Both the position numbers and the translations under genes were made by a program. From Halobacteriovoraceae bacterium (GTDB taxonomy: Bacteria > Bdellovibrionota > Bacteriovoracia > Bacteriovoracales > Bacteriovoracaceae), in assembly GCA_018646195.1 (NCBI GenBank), contig JABGVH010000199.1:8619-72618 (forward strand): a DNA stretch of 64,000 bases. The letters are read 5' to 3'. Shown here piece after piece: positions 55,938 through 64,000 of this stretch; position 1 is the stretch's first letter; every line of letters begins with the position of its first letter. Under the pieces are notes generated by a model. It was not told the origin of the DNA, made no database searches, and was given only the letters and a program-made list of their open reading frames with translations.

Positions 55938-57094
55938 TATCGATCCACCTCACCAAGAACAATATCTATGCTTCCGATGGAAGCTACAAAGTCTGCAATC
56001 ATTTGGCCTGGGGCCATATGAGACAACATCGCTGTATGAGTAAAACAAGAAGACTTTACTTTAAGGCGGTAAGGAATTTTTCCTCCGTCGGAGATAAGGT
56101 GGTAACCAAGTTCTCCTCGAGGACATTCTGTTCGCATATAAATCTCCCCAGCGGGGACCTTCACGATTTTAGAAACCTTGCCTTGAATAGGACCTTCTTC
56201 GATGCCTTCGAGGCATTGGCGAATAATTTTTAACGATTCATTCATTTCTTTCATTCTAACATAATATCGATCCCAACAATCTCCGAGCGTACCCATTTCA
56301 CCGGTTCCCACAATAGATTCAAAGTCGAGTTCTTGATAAATTCCGTAGGGGCGAGTCTTACGAAGATCCCAATCAACTCCAGAAGCTCTCAAGATCGGCC
56401 CTGTTGCACCATAACTATAGCAATCTTCAGCGGTCAAGACGCCAACATTTGCAGTCCTATCTCTAAAGATTTTATTCATTCCTACTAGGGTGTGATATTT
56501 CTCTAACTCTCCGTCCATCCGGTCGCAGAAAGCTGCAATTCTTCTCAAGTGATCATCGGTCATGTCATTCCAAACACCACCGAGCCAAATGTAATTATAG
56601 AGAAGACGGGCACCCGAAAGCTCTTCAAAAATTCGAAGAATAGTTTCTCTCTCTTGAAATGCGTAGAGAAAAGGTGAAAAAGCACCGAGGTCAATTGCAT
56701 AAGTTCCGTAGAACATTAAATGGGAGGCCACTCGTTGTAGCTCGGCTACCATTGTTCGAATGTACTGCGCCCTTCTAGGAACTTCGGTTCCCAACATTTT
56801 TTCTATAGTTAGACAGTATCCCCATTCCATACTCATCGCTGCTAAATAGTCCATGCGATCTACGAAAGGAATGATTCCTCGGTAATCTAAATGCTCGCAA
56901 TGCTTTTCCATGCAACGATGGAGGTAACCGAGATGTGGTGTCGCCTCTGCAATAATTTCGCTATCAGTTTTAATTTCTACTCGCAAAACACCGTGAGTAG
57001 CAGGATGCTGAGGTCCCATATTTAGCGTGAGAAGCTCTGACTTCAAATTCTCGCTTTGCATAGGAGTGGTATCTAAAGACTCATCGTGACTCAT
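55937..57094 (-). CDS. nuoD: NADH-quinone oxidoreductase subunit D
   Basis: LNMGPQHPATHGVLR start and the C-terminal IGSIDIVLGEVDR. It lacks the hydrogenase RxCGxC / DPCxxC cysteines. Confidence 0.95.
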   Translation of the reverse strand: MSHDESLDTTPMQSENLKSELLTLNMGPQHPATHGVLRVEIKTDSEIIAEATPHLGYLHRCMEKHCEHLDYRGIIPFVDRMDYLAAMSMEWGYCLTIEKMLGTEVPRRAQYIRTMVAELQRVASHLMFYGTYAIDLGAFSPFLYAFQERETILRIFEELSGARLLYNYIWLGGVWNDMTDDHLRRIAAFCDRMDGELEKYHTLVGMNKIFRDRTANVGVLTAEDCYSYGATGPILRASGVDWDLRKTRPYGIYQELDFESIVGTGEMGTLGDCWDRYYVRMKEMNESLKIIRQCLEGIEEGPIQGKVSKIVKVPAGEIYMRTECPRGELGYHLISDGGKIPYRLKVKSSCFTHTAMLSHMAPGQMIADFVASIGSIDIVLGEVDR

Positions 57095-57708
57095 TATTTT
57101 TCCCCCTTTGCTTCAACTTCTGCCGGAAACTCTGGCTTCTTCCAAGAGCCCGACCAAAGCTTAGGTTCTGCAGCTTCTTTTTTCTGGCGGTCGAAAAAAT
57201 AAAGGTCATCGGTATTAATTTTATTTTGAGGATTTACAAGCATATGCTTATATTTTTCCTGAACAACATAATCTTTTCTTAAAGGCCAACCTTCCCAATC
57301 GTCAGGACAAAGAATACGACGAAGGTCGGGGTTCCCGTTAAAACGAACACCAAACATATCGTAGGTTTCTCTCTCCAAAAAGCCAGCGGCCAGCCAAAGA
57401 TCACAGACAGAATCAATATCTAAAATGGCATCACTGGATGGTTTTGCCAGTTTTGTTTTAATTATCACTTCATGATTTTTGGTGAAGCTAGCAAGTATAT
57501 AGCTGATCTCAATTCGATCTTCAAAATCACAACCTGTGATCAATTGAAGAACATTGAACTCATAGGTCGATTCTTTTAGCGCTTTTAGTGCGGCATTAAT
57601 ATGTGCTGCTTCCACAAAAATAGGTTGGTCTCCGCACTCGACTTCTGCCGTAGTCGCATCACAACCATTTGCCTTTGAATTTAATAACGTGACAAGTTCA
57701 TTATGCAT
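57094..57708 (-). CDS. nuoC: NADH-quinone oxidoreductase subunit C
   Basis: [22 protein letters not shown] and WPLRKDY motifs. 204 aa. Confidence 0.85.
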   Translation of the reverse strand: MHNELVTLLNSKANGCDATTAEVECGDQPIFVEAAHINAALKALKESTYEFNVLQLITGCDFEDRIEISYILASFTKNHEVIIKTKLAKPSSDAILDIDSVCDLWLAAGFLERETYDMFGVRFNGNPDLRRILCPDDWEGWPLRKDYVVQEKYKHMLVNPQNKINTDDLYFFDRQKKEAAEPKLWSGSWKKPEFPAEVEAKGEK

Positions 57709-58198
57709 TCTTCACCCACTTGTCTCTAAGCAATCTCTCATTTGCAATTTTCTTTTGCAAAGTCATCAATCCCTCAATCAAAGCTTCGGGACGTGGAGGA
57801 CAGCCAGGTACATAAACATCTACCGGAATAATTTCATCAACACCCTTGAGAACATGATAGCCATGCTGCCAGTAAGGTCCCCCTTTATTGGCACAAGATC
57901 CCATTGAGATAACATACTTAGGTTCCGGCATTTGAGCGTAAAGAGTTTCAATACGTGTCGCCATTTTTAAGGTAACGGTCCCAGCAACAATCATAAGATC
58001 AGCTCTTCTAGGAGTCGCCATAAAAGCGCCACAACCAAATCGTTCCAAGTCGTATTTAGAAGCTCCGGTTGCCATCATCTCAATAGCACAGCAAGCGAGC
58101 CCAAAAGTCATAGGCCAAAGTGAATTTTTACGACCCCAATTAAGGAAGTCGTCTAATTTTGCGAGGACAATGCCATCACCCATAAGAATCTCACTCAA
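57701..58198 (-). CDS. nuoB: NADH-quinone oxidoreductase subunit B (N2 cluster)
   Basis: Motifs [27 protein letters not shown] and [14 protein letters not shown] start at 58198; an alternative ATG is at 58183. Confidence 0.95.
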   Translation of the reverse strand: MSEILMGDGIVLAKLDDFLNWGRKNSLWPMTFGLACCAIEMMATGASKYDLERFGCGAFMATPRRADLMIVAGTVTLKMATRIETLYAQMPEPKYVISMGSCANKGGPYWQHGYHVLKGVDEIIPVDVYVPGCPPRPEALIEGLMTLQKKIANERLLRDKWVKNA

Positions 58199-58226
58199 AG
58201 TTAAAAAAGTTTAGAAATGTACTCTA

Positions 58227-58255
58227 TTTTTACCTAGCAGTGGTTTTTAAGTCAA
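58227..58255 (-). promoter_or_regulatory. Sigma-70 type promoter candidate directly upstream of nuoB
   Basis: On the minus strand: TTGACT (58255..58250), a 17-nt spacer, then TAAAAA (58232..58227). It lies about 30 nt upstream of the nuoB start. Confidence 0.3.
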
Positions 58256-58288
58256 TGAAAAGAGGGCAATTATCAACGGGACTGGAGG

Positions 58289-59284
58289 CTAGGAAGCCGG
58301 GAAATTACGGCAGCGAGTCTTATAAGATTCAGAAAGATTGTAATAGAGATTTTCTCGAGCAGGACTTCGACCGGTGCCCTGAAGAACTTTGAGCTGTTGA
58401 CGCAATAGTCCAAGGCGCTTGTGGTCGTTTTGACAGGCCTTACCCATAATCACTTTATACTCTTTTATGGCCGCCAGAGGATAGGGAAGGCCGTAAGCAG
58501 AGGAGATAAACAATGCATCTGATGAACTTAGCCGTGGAAAATCACCTAAGGAAAGATCGAAACTTGTTAAGTTGCGTCTAAAGTGGCGGTAATGACGCCC
58601 TACTCGGTAAAATTGCTGAACTCCCCGTCTTTTAGAAAGCCGTCCAGTTGTGGGCTCTACTACTTTTAGGCAATTCGAATCCCTCTCTCTTTCAGAAGGA
58701 ATCAATTCGAAGAGAACTTTGCACTCGACCAAGTAGGCTTCCACTTCTCCACCTTTTCCCTCTACTGTAGAGGTTACAAAGCGCTTTAAATCAAAGGGTC
58801 CCTGGTAGGGATTAAAAGGCATACGATAAGAAAAATGCGTCAACTCGTGGGCCATATCTAAAAGAGCATCCTTTACATTCAGCCGGCGATTAATAAAAAC
58901 TTTAGAACGAGATTCGTAAATCACATTATCTGGTTGGCTAGGATAAAATTTACGAATTAGGGTTGTATCTGTGAGAGAACCTTCTCCCGCTAGTAAGACG
59001 TCTAAAAGTTGTTGTCCGCCTTTCATCGCCTTTTTCTCGGCTCGACGGAGTAGAACCTTACCGGTTTTCGATTTCTCTAAAAGAGTTATCAAGGCCTGCA
59101 CTGCCCCTCTTTCAGTATTGGCAAGCTTGAGCCAATTTTGTTTCAAAGTATAATTAATTTCGCGATGAATGATTCTTTTCTTAGCTTTAAATTTTCGGCT
59201 CACGCCTCTATTGTCACGGGCCTCTGCGCGGCCGAGAAAAAGTCCAAGAAGAAATAAAAATACAATGCCATTGCGTAAGTTCAT
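58289..59284 (-). CDS. Secreted HExxH-motif protein (putative zinc metallopeptidase), unknown family
   Basis: The ATG at 59284 gives the signal peptide MNLRNGIVFLFLLGLFLGRAEA. It carries a single MAHELTHF motif with a downstream GGEVEAY, and is Arg-rich. Confidence 0.5.
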   Translation of the reverse strand: MNLRNGIVFLFLLGLFLGRAEARDNRGVSRKFKAKKRIIHREINYTLKQNWLKLANTERGAVQALITLLEKSKTGKVLLRRAEKKAMKGGQQLLDVLLAGEGSLTDTTLIRKFYPSQPDNVIYESRSKVFINRRLNVKDALLDMAHELTHFSYRMPFNPYQGPFDLKRFVTSTVEGKGGEVEAYLVECKVLFELIPSERERDSNCLKVVEPTTGRLSKRRGVQQFYRVGRHYRHFRRNLTSFDLSLGDFPRLSSSDALFISSAYGLPYPLAAIKEYKVIMGKACQNDHKRLGLLRQQLKVLQGTGRSPARENLYYNLSESYKTRCRNFPAS

Positions 59285-59375
59285 CACTGAACTTATCGGC
59301 AATTCTTTGTCTAAACCTGTTTATTAACTAAGACTTAAGTCCCCTAGGCAATTGCTGCCGAGGGCGGCCATTAAT

Positions 59376-61112
59376 TTAGTTTAAAGAGCGAAAATTAACT
59401 ACTTGCTTCTTATTTTTCTGAACAGCAAGAGCGCCTAGGTCATAGCTTTTTGTATTGGCGCCTTCTTTAACTAATGCCTTTAATTTGTATTGTCCGACTG
59501 GCAAACTCAAGTGTAGTACTCGTAGGTCCCACGGAAGTGTTGACCAATAGCGAGTATCCGCCCTCTCTGAGGCCTCTATGGCCTTGGAAGTTCCAGTGTA
59601 CTGTAAGAGCGCTGCACTTTTTGCAAGGAACTCATTCTTGGACCTAAGCCCTTTATAAGTTAAGTACGCTGCGAAGATTCCTACAATATGCTTTGCCGCT
59701 AATCTGGCCCCAAGCCGTGTGTAACGAGTCGCCGAATTTTCAGCGACAGCTTCTTCGGCAATATCACCCATAGGATTAATTATCGGGATCACCTGAGACT
59801 GAACTAGTTTTCCATTTTTTCCCCAAACTTGCAGGATAGTTTTTGCTCTAGTTGCAGTATTCTTAATTTTTGGTAATTCAAAGCTGATAGAGGCATGGCG
59901 AGCAGCTACAGACGCCACTTGCACACCTACCGCTGCACCAACCGGGCTATAGCTTCGAGGTGGTGGAATTAAGCCTAGTTTATTAGCTGCAAAAGTAGTT
60001 AGAACAAAATGCCCTACTGCCGCCATTGCTGCAGTACTACTATTCTTGCTTTTCATGGCTTTATCGAGCCCATAATAATGTTTCTGTGGCACCTTAAGAG
60101 GGATCAAGCCTCTTTGAAAAACCACTGCCACATTCGAATATTTTTTACGCTCTTTCTTTAACCGCTTCAGGGTCTTCACTGAGGGCTTGTGAATCGAAAC
60201 CATATTTTTAAAATCTTTAGGACGAATATTTTGAGTCATACTTAAAATTTTATAATTTAAGAAGCTTATAAGACTTCTTGAGTAAGATGTTTTGTTGACA
60301 TATTTTCGAGCGACTGCATTTTTACCCATACCTGGCAATTTACTAAAATCTTTTTTAAATTTCTTTGAATTTGAATTGAAAGTTTTGTAGCCGTTGTAAT
60401 TTCTGAAAAGTAATTTTTTCGCATCTTTGTATAGCTGTAGCGCAATATTGAGATCATTTAGACTACCAATCATCTCATGTACATAGCCGCCGAAAACTTT
60501 TGACAGTAAGTCGTTCTTAAAAACCGAACGGCCACCTCGCTCATTTCTCAAGGTCGTCAAATACGAATCCCAGGCCATCACCTCGGCCCTGGCCGCCATT
60601 TGTTCCCGCCTAAGGTCATCCTTACTAAGCTTCTTTTCTGGAATTAGTTTGGCATCTTTTTTAGCAGGCGTGTACGCTTCATAGCTTCCTTTCTGATAAA
60701 TTAAAAGGTGGTTGAGTGCTAAATAAAAATGAATCATTGAGCGCTCATACTTCTCGCCATAAAAAACATCATAGCTATCGTTTGCAATTGCAGCGGCGGC
60801 TTTTTTGGACAGGCGGATAGTATAAAGCTTATCCGCCAATTCCTTAGCATCACCGAGGGCCATTACCGATTGATGGTAATTACCTGCGGCATGGTGAACC
60901 AACCCTTTTTCCATTAAGGCCAAGAGTTTTGAGTCTTGGTCTTTATAAATTTTAGCTTCATTTAAAACCTCTAAGCTTTGATTAAAATTACCAGAAGCAA
61001 AGTGACTTCTCAGTGCTAGGCGCTCTTTCCTACCAGCTGTTGAACAGCCGGTAAGAACGATCGAAATTAGTAAAATACTAAAATATTTTGAAAAAAGAGT
61101 TGAAGTTTCCAT
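59376..61112 (-). CDS. Lipoprotein with an N-terminal TPR-like region, unknown function
   Basis: Lipobox ISIVLTGC. 578 aa. TPR-like helices fill the first ~150 aa. The start overlaps the stop of the upstream LpoB-like gene by 1 nt. Confidence 0.55.
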   Translation of the reverse strand: METSTLFSKYFSILLISIVLTGCSTAGRKERLALRSHFASGNFNQSLEVLNEAKIYKDQDSKLLALMEKGLVHHAAGNYHQSVMALGDAKELADKLYTIRLSKKAAAAIANDSYDVFYGEKYERSMIHFYLALNHLLIYQKGSYEAYTPAKKDAKLIPEKKLSKDDLRREQMAARAEVMAWDSYLTTLRNERGGRSVFKNDLLSKVFGGYVHEMIGSLNDLNIALQLYKDAKKLLFRNYNGYKTFNSNSKKFKKDFSKLPGMGKNAVARKYVNKTSYSRSLISFLNYKILSMTQNIRPKDFKNMVSIHKPSVKTLKRLKKERKKYSNVAVVFQRGLIPLKVPQKHYYGLDKAMKSKNSSTAAMAAVGHFVLTTFAANKLGLIPPPRSYSPVGAAVGVQVASVAARHASISFELPKIKNTATRAKTILQVWGKNGKLVQSQVIPIINPMGDIAEEAVAENSATRYTRLGARLAAKHIVGIFAAYLTYKGLRSKNEFLAKSAALLQYTGTSKAIEASERADTRYWSTLPWDLRVLHLSLPVGQYKLKALVKEGANTKSYDLGALAVQKNKKQVVNFRSLN

Positions 61113-61726
61113 TACCAGCCAGCGCCACCTTTCTCGCTAAATTTATTTAGCTTAGTACGGACACGAAGAACTTCAGTCCCTTTGGAAAGGTTTGTCATAC
61201 GAATATTCACTGAATATTGCTTGATGGTTTTACCTTTTCGACTTCTCGGCTTCATGTAGATATTACCAAAAATCATAAGTTGGGCACCTGTTTGATTTCC
61301 AACTTTAGCGGCTGTTTTAGGATCCACCATACCATCGTGCTGATAGGTAATTTCTTTTAACATCTGCTCTCTTGCGGCAGCATCAACCAATACGAAATCT
61401 CCAGAGGCTGAAATTTCATTTAAGAATTCGTCGTTAATGTCGTTGATAGGAAAATAGGCTTCGGCAGTTAAGTTTTTAACCTCACCAATAAAGACAGTAG
61501 GTGATCCCCCATGTCCTCTTAGATAGCGTTTAAATCCTTTGTGATTGCCGATATGCTTAATGATATCTTTAACTACTCTTTCAGTGTCGCCAGAAACCCA
61601 CTTGTCGGTAACTTCCATTGCCGCTTCGTCAGATTCATCACCACTTTGTCGCTTTGCTTTGAACCCTCCACAGCTAGATACTGTGGCAAGAGTTAAAAGC
61701 AATAGCCAAATTTTTAAACTTTTCAT
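61112..61726 (-). CDS. LpoB-like lipoprotein (penicillin-binding protein activator LpoB family fold)
   Basis: The ATG at 61726 is preceded by GGAG. Lipobox LATVSSC. The core FIGEVKNLTAEAYFPINDINDEFLNEISASGDFVLVDAAAREQMLKE...GAQLMIFGNI parallels the E. coli LpoB pattern recalled from memory. Confidence 0.5.
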   Translation of the reverse strand: MKSLKIWLLLLTLATVSSCGGFKAKRQSGDESDEAAMEVTDKWVSGDTERVVKDIIKHIGNHKGFKRYLRGHGGSPTVFIGEVKNLTAEAYFPINDINDEFLNEISASGDFVLVDAAAREQMLKEITYQHDGMVDPKTAAKVGNQTGAQLMIFGNIYMKPRSRKGKTIKQYSVNIRMTNLSKGTEVLRVRTKLNKFSEKGGAGW

Positions 61727-61755
61727 TATTATCTCCATTTAAATTATTACGTTTT

Positions 61756-62451
61756 TTACAACTGCCCTTGCTTTGCTTTTACAAAATTCTTTGAGGCATC
61801 TTGTAAGGCATTTTTCACATTGGCCTTTGTTTCCGGATCATCAGCAGCATTGGCAACGTGGTTAGCAGCTTCATCTATAGCTCGTGTCAATCTCTCAGTA
61901 GGAACTCTTAGGAAGACAGCGCAAGTGAAGGCAGTGAAGTCTCTCTTCGCTCCCATTTTTTTCTTATACTTACGTTTTTCCCAATAAGTTTTTCGGACTG
62001 AAACACCATGCATAATGGCTTGGACTTTTTCTGCCAGAGTATTTGAAACAAACTGACGGAGACCTTTGGTCTGTGGATTATTCTCGTCTATTGCATTAGC
62101 ACCCTCTTCGGATGACGCTAGAGACTTGTCAATAAAAGTGGCAATTTCACCAGCAATATCGGCGCGGGCATTGGCCTTGGCTTGATTGCAACTCATTTTA
62201 CGACTTACACTTGGATCGGTTTCATAAGAGAAATAACGGTAAGTTCCAATATCTAGCTTTTTATTATTGGCCCAGACTTCTGCGTCTTCTACCCAGCCTG
62301 GTCTCATTGGAGATGAAGAATCTCTAACAAGATAATCTTTTTTGAGATCATCATGCTCTTTTTCTTCAAGGTCTCGTTGTTCTGTTGTTCGAACGCTACT
62401 GCATGAAACTCCAAAACCCAATAGCATTGTAATGACTAGTAACTTTTTCAT
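61756..62451 (-). CDS. LPP20-like lipoprotein
   Basis: Lipobox LLGFGVSC. CNQAKANARADIAGEIATFIDKSL resembles the LPP20-type helix. Confidence 0.45.
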   Translation of the reverse strand: MKKLLVITMLLGFGVSCSSVRTTEQRDLEEKEHDDLKKDYLVRDSSSPMRPGWVEDAEVWANNKKLDIGTYRYFSYETDPSVSRKMSCNQAKANARADIAGEIATFIDKSLASSEEGANAIDENNPQTKGLRQFVSNTLAEKVQAIMHGVSVRKTYWEKRKYKKKMGAKRDFTAFTCAVFLRVPTERLTRAIDEAANHVANAADDPETKANVKNALQDASKNFVKAKQGQL

Positions 62452-62489
62452 AATAGCTCCTTGACTTTAAAAAGTCAGAATAGACTTAG

Positions 62490-63497
62490 TTAGTCGATAT
62501 TTAACTCGTTTAAATGTTCTTTTATATAAACTTGAATTTCCGCCATGGCATTTGAATAAGCCTGACTTAATTTTCTTCCGCTATGCGAGACAGTAAAGTC
62601 GACAGCGCCAATTTTTGCTCCCTTAAGGCTAAGAGATTTTAGTTGAAGCATAAACTTGTAACGCTTAAATCCTTTAACATTAAAATATTGCTTTTCCTTG
62701 GCCAGCTTACCTTTAACGACATATTGATGTTTTTTATTCTTATTAGTAACAACTTTGAAATCGTTATCAAGTAATTGTCTTATTATTAAATGCCGAATTT
62801 CTGAGATACGTCCCAGCTCTTTAAAATCTACGAAGATGGTTATGCCAAGTTTTGCCTTTGCACGTTTTCTGGCCAAGATTTTTGCGAAGCTAATCTTATT
62901 TGGGTAGCTATTCCCGGCTAAGAATTCATGGCGTAAATTTAAATTTTGGCGAACTCTAAAAAGCTTGGTGGCCCTATACAAAGAGCTTCTTTTATCGTCT
63001 TTGTAATAACCAACTATCTGCTGGTCCATATCGTCCATTTCAGCTCGCAGACTTTTTGCCGCTACATTTCGATCCAAAACCGCCAATGCATAAATTGCGT
63101 CGCTATCTTCAAATTTATTGAGGATTTCTACGCCCTTTAAAACTTGACTGGCCTTTTCATTGATTTCATTTTTAACATCTTCGTTAAGAGTCCCTTGCAT
63201 TATGCCGTCTTCGTCTTGTTGGCCTTCCATTGTCGACACGACTTTAAACTTTGCTTCAATTTTTGTTTCGAATACTTTGGCCAAATTTTTACGGGCACTA
63301 GATTCGGCCACCATGCTGCCAGTTCCTTCGCCTACAGCACAGAACTGATGCTTATCGCAAAATTCGTAGGGTTCTGAAATCCAGATTGGTCGGCCCTTAG
63401 CATCTTTCTTAAGATTTTTAGCGCTGTTGCGGTTTTTTGAAATGCCACCACAGCTAGCAAGAACAAGGATAAGTAAAAATAATAGATGACGGTTCAT
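62490..63497 (-). CDS. LPP20-like lipoprotein (longer paralogue)
   Basis: Lipobox LILVLASC. CAVGEGTGSMVAESSARKNLAKVFETKIEAKF resembles the LPP20-type motif. 335 aa. Confidence 0.45.
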   Translation of the reverse strand: MNRHLLFLLILVLASCGGISKNRNSAKNLKKDAKGRPIWISEPYEFCDKHQFCAVGEGTGSMVAESSARKNLAKVFETKIEAKFKVVSTMEGQQDEDGIMQGTLNEDVKNEINEKASQVLKGVEILNKFEDSDAIYALAVLDRNVAAKSLRAEMDDMDQQIVGYYKDDKRSSLYRATKLFRVRQNLNLRHEFLAGNSYPNKISFAKILARKRAKAKLGITIFVDFKELGRISEIRHLIIRQLLDNDFKVVTNKNKKHQYVVKGKLAKEKQYFNVKGFKRYKFMLQLKSLSLKGAKIGAVDFTVSHSGRKLSQAYSNAMAEIQVYIKEHLNELNID

Positions 63498-63665
63498 ATT
63501 GTAGTCCTCCCTTGGCAGGGAAAAGGTTTAATGAAAATCCTAAACCATTTAATGGTATTTTCAACAGGAAAAGTAGGGGCGGCACGCTAAATAATTATTA
63601 TGCATACGGTTGTCACAAATAAGGTAGTTTTAGCCGAGAGATTCTTTCCCTCTTTACACTAGGTG

Positions 63666-63917
63666 TTAACTGCCCTCTTGAAAATGGTAAATATAAACCT
63701 TACCGCGGGACTCGACTACCACCTCCTCCAAGGAATACTGGCCTTTTTTACTCAGCGTTGGCGGCTTAACAAGCCCCGCCTGAAGTTTTAAAAGTAGCTG
63801 ATCGGCCTTATAACGCTGCTTAAAACGGATCAGATAGATGTGTTCTGGATCAACTTGGTGAGTGGCAATATAGAAATAATTCTCTCTTAAATCAGTATCA
63901 ATATAAAATGTTTCCAA
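63666..63917 (-). CDS. Small hypothetical protein
   Basis: 83-aa ORF with no recognised motif. Confidence 0.3.
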   Translation of the reverse strand: METFYIDTDLRENYFYIATHQVDPEHIYLIRFKQRYKADQLLLKLQAGLVKPPTLSKKGQYSLEEVVVESRGKVYIYHFQEGS

Positions 63918-64000
63918 AAAAATTTACCTGTCTCTTATTAAGGAATGACCACCCTTTTCCGATAAATCAATCATGGGCGTGAAGAAGTTAAATCCAGACA

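Noticed and set aside
1-64000. A search by eye for CRISPR arrays, tRNA/rRNA genes, IS elements, retron/DGR-like reverse transcriptases and toxin-antitoxin pairs.
   Set aside because: Intergenic spaces are all under about 250 nt and contain no spaced direct repeats or cloverleaf-like sequence. No ORF shows transposase, integrase, reverse transcriptase or nuclease defence motifs that I can recognise.
63973-64000. A plus-strand ATG (MGVKKLNPD...) running off the right edge of the window.
   Set aside because: Only 9 codons are visible, which is insufficient to support a gene call.

Overview
This is a gene-dense 64-kb chromosomal segment with about 62 protein genes, from a low-GC Gram-negative bacterium. 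The Gram-negative call rests on the Kdo/LPS genes kdsA/kdsB/kdsC, a TolC-like gene, an RND pump and many signal-peptide or lipoprotein ORFs. The gene style is reminiscent of Bdellovibrio-and-like organisms, but that is only an inference. I recognised no rRNA, tRNA, CRISPR array, transposase, integrase or long repeat.

Housekeeping content: guaB (partial), a ROK kinase, dsbD, gpsA, the kdsC-kdsA-pyrG-kdsB block, purB, a manC-like gene, lysC, ettA, an rlmI-like methyltransferase and tldD/pmbA.

Regions worth a second look:
1. An AT-rich, compact Flp/Tad-like pilus operon (24.95-29.5 kb). Its secretin gene is split by one in-frame TGA. It contains family-less small ORFs and has no adjacent prepilin peptidase or TadB/C. 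A candidate two-repeat T2SSF-like platform gene lies 2.8 kb away on the other strand.
2. A set of four secreted proteins (37.1-44.8 kb): an oversized ATZ/TRZ-type amidohydrolase, two unknowns, and a five-heme cytochrome c with a long heme-free tail.
3. A tightly coupled nine-gene operon (44.8-53.3 kb) carrying uricolysis genes without a urate oxidase, an uncharacterised malate-synthase/HpcH-like protein, an aminotransferase and TldD/PmbA.
4. A stand-alone nuoB-C-D-I cluster with its own candidate promoter and no membrane or NADH-module genes.
5. A five-gene envelope lipoprotein cluster (58.3-63.5 kb).

All family assignments come from motif recognition by eye, not from searches.
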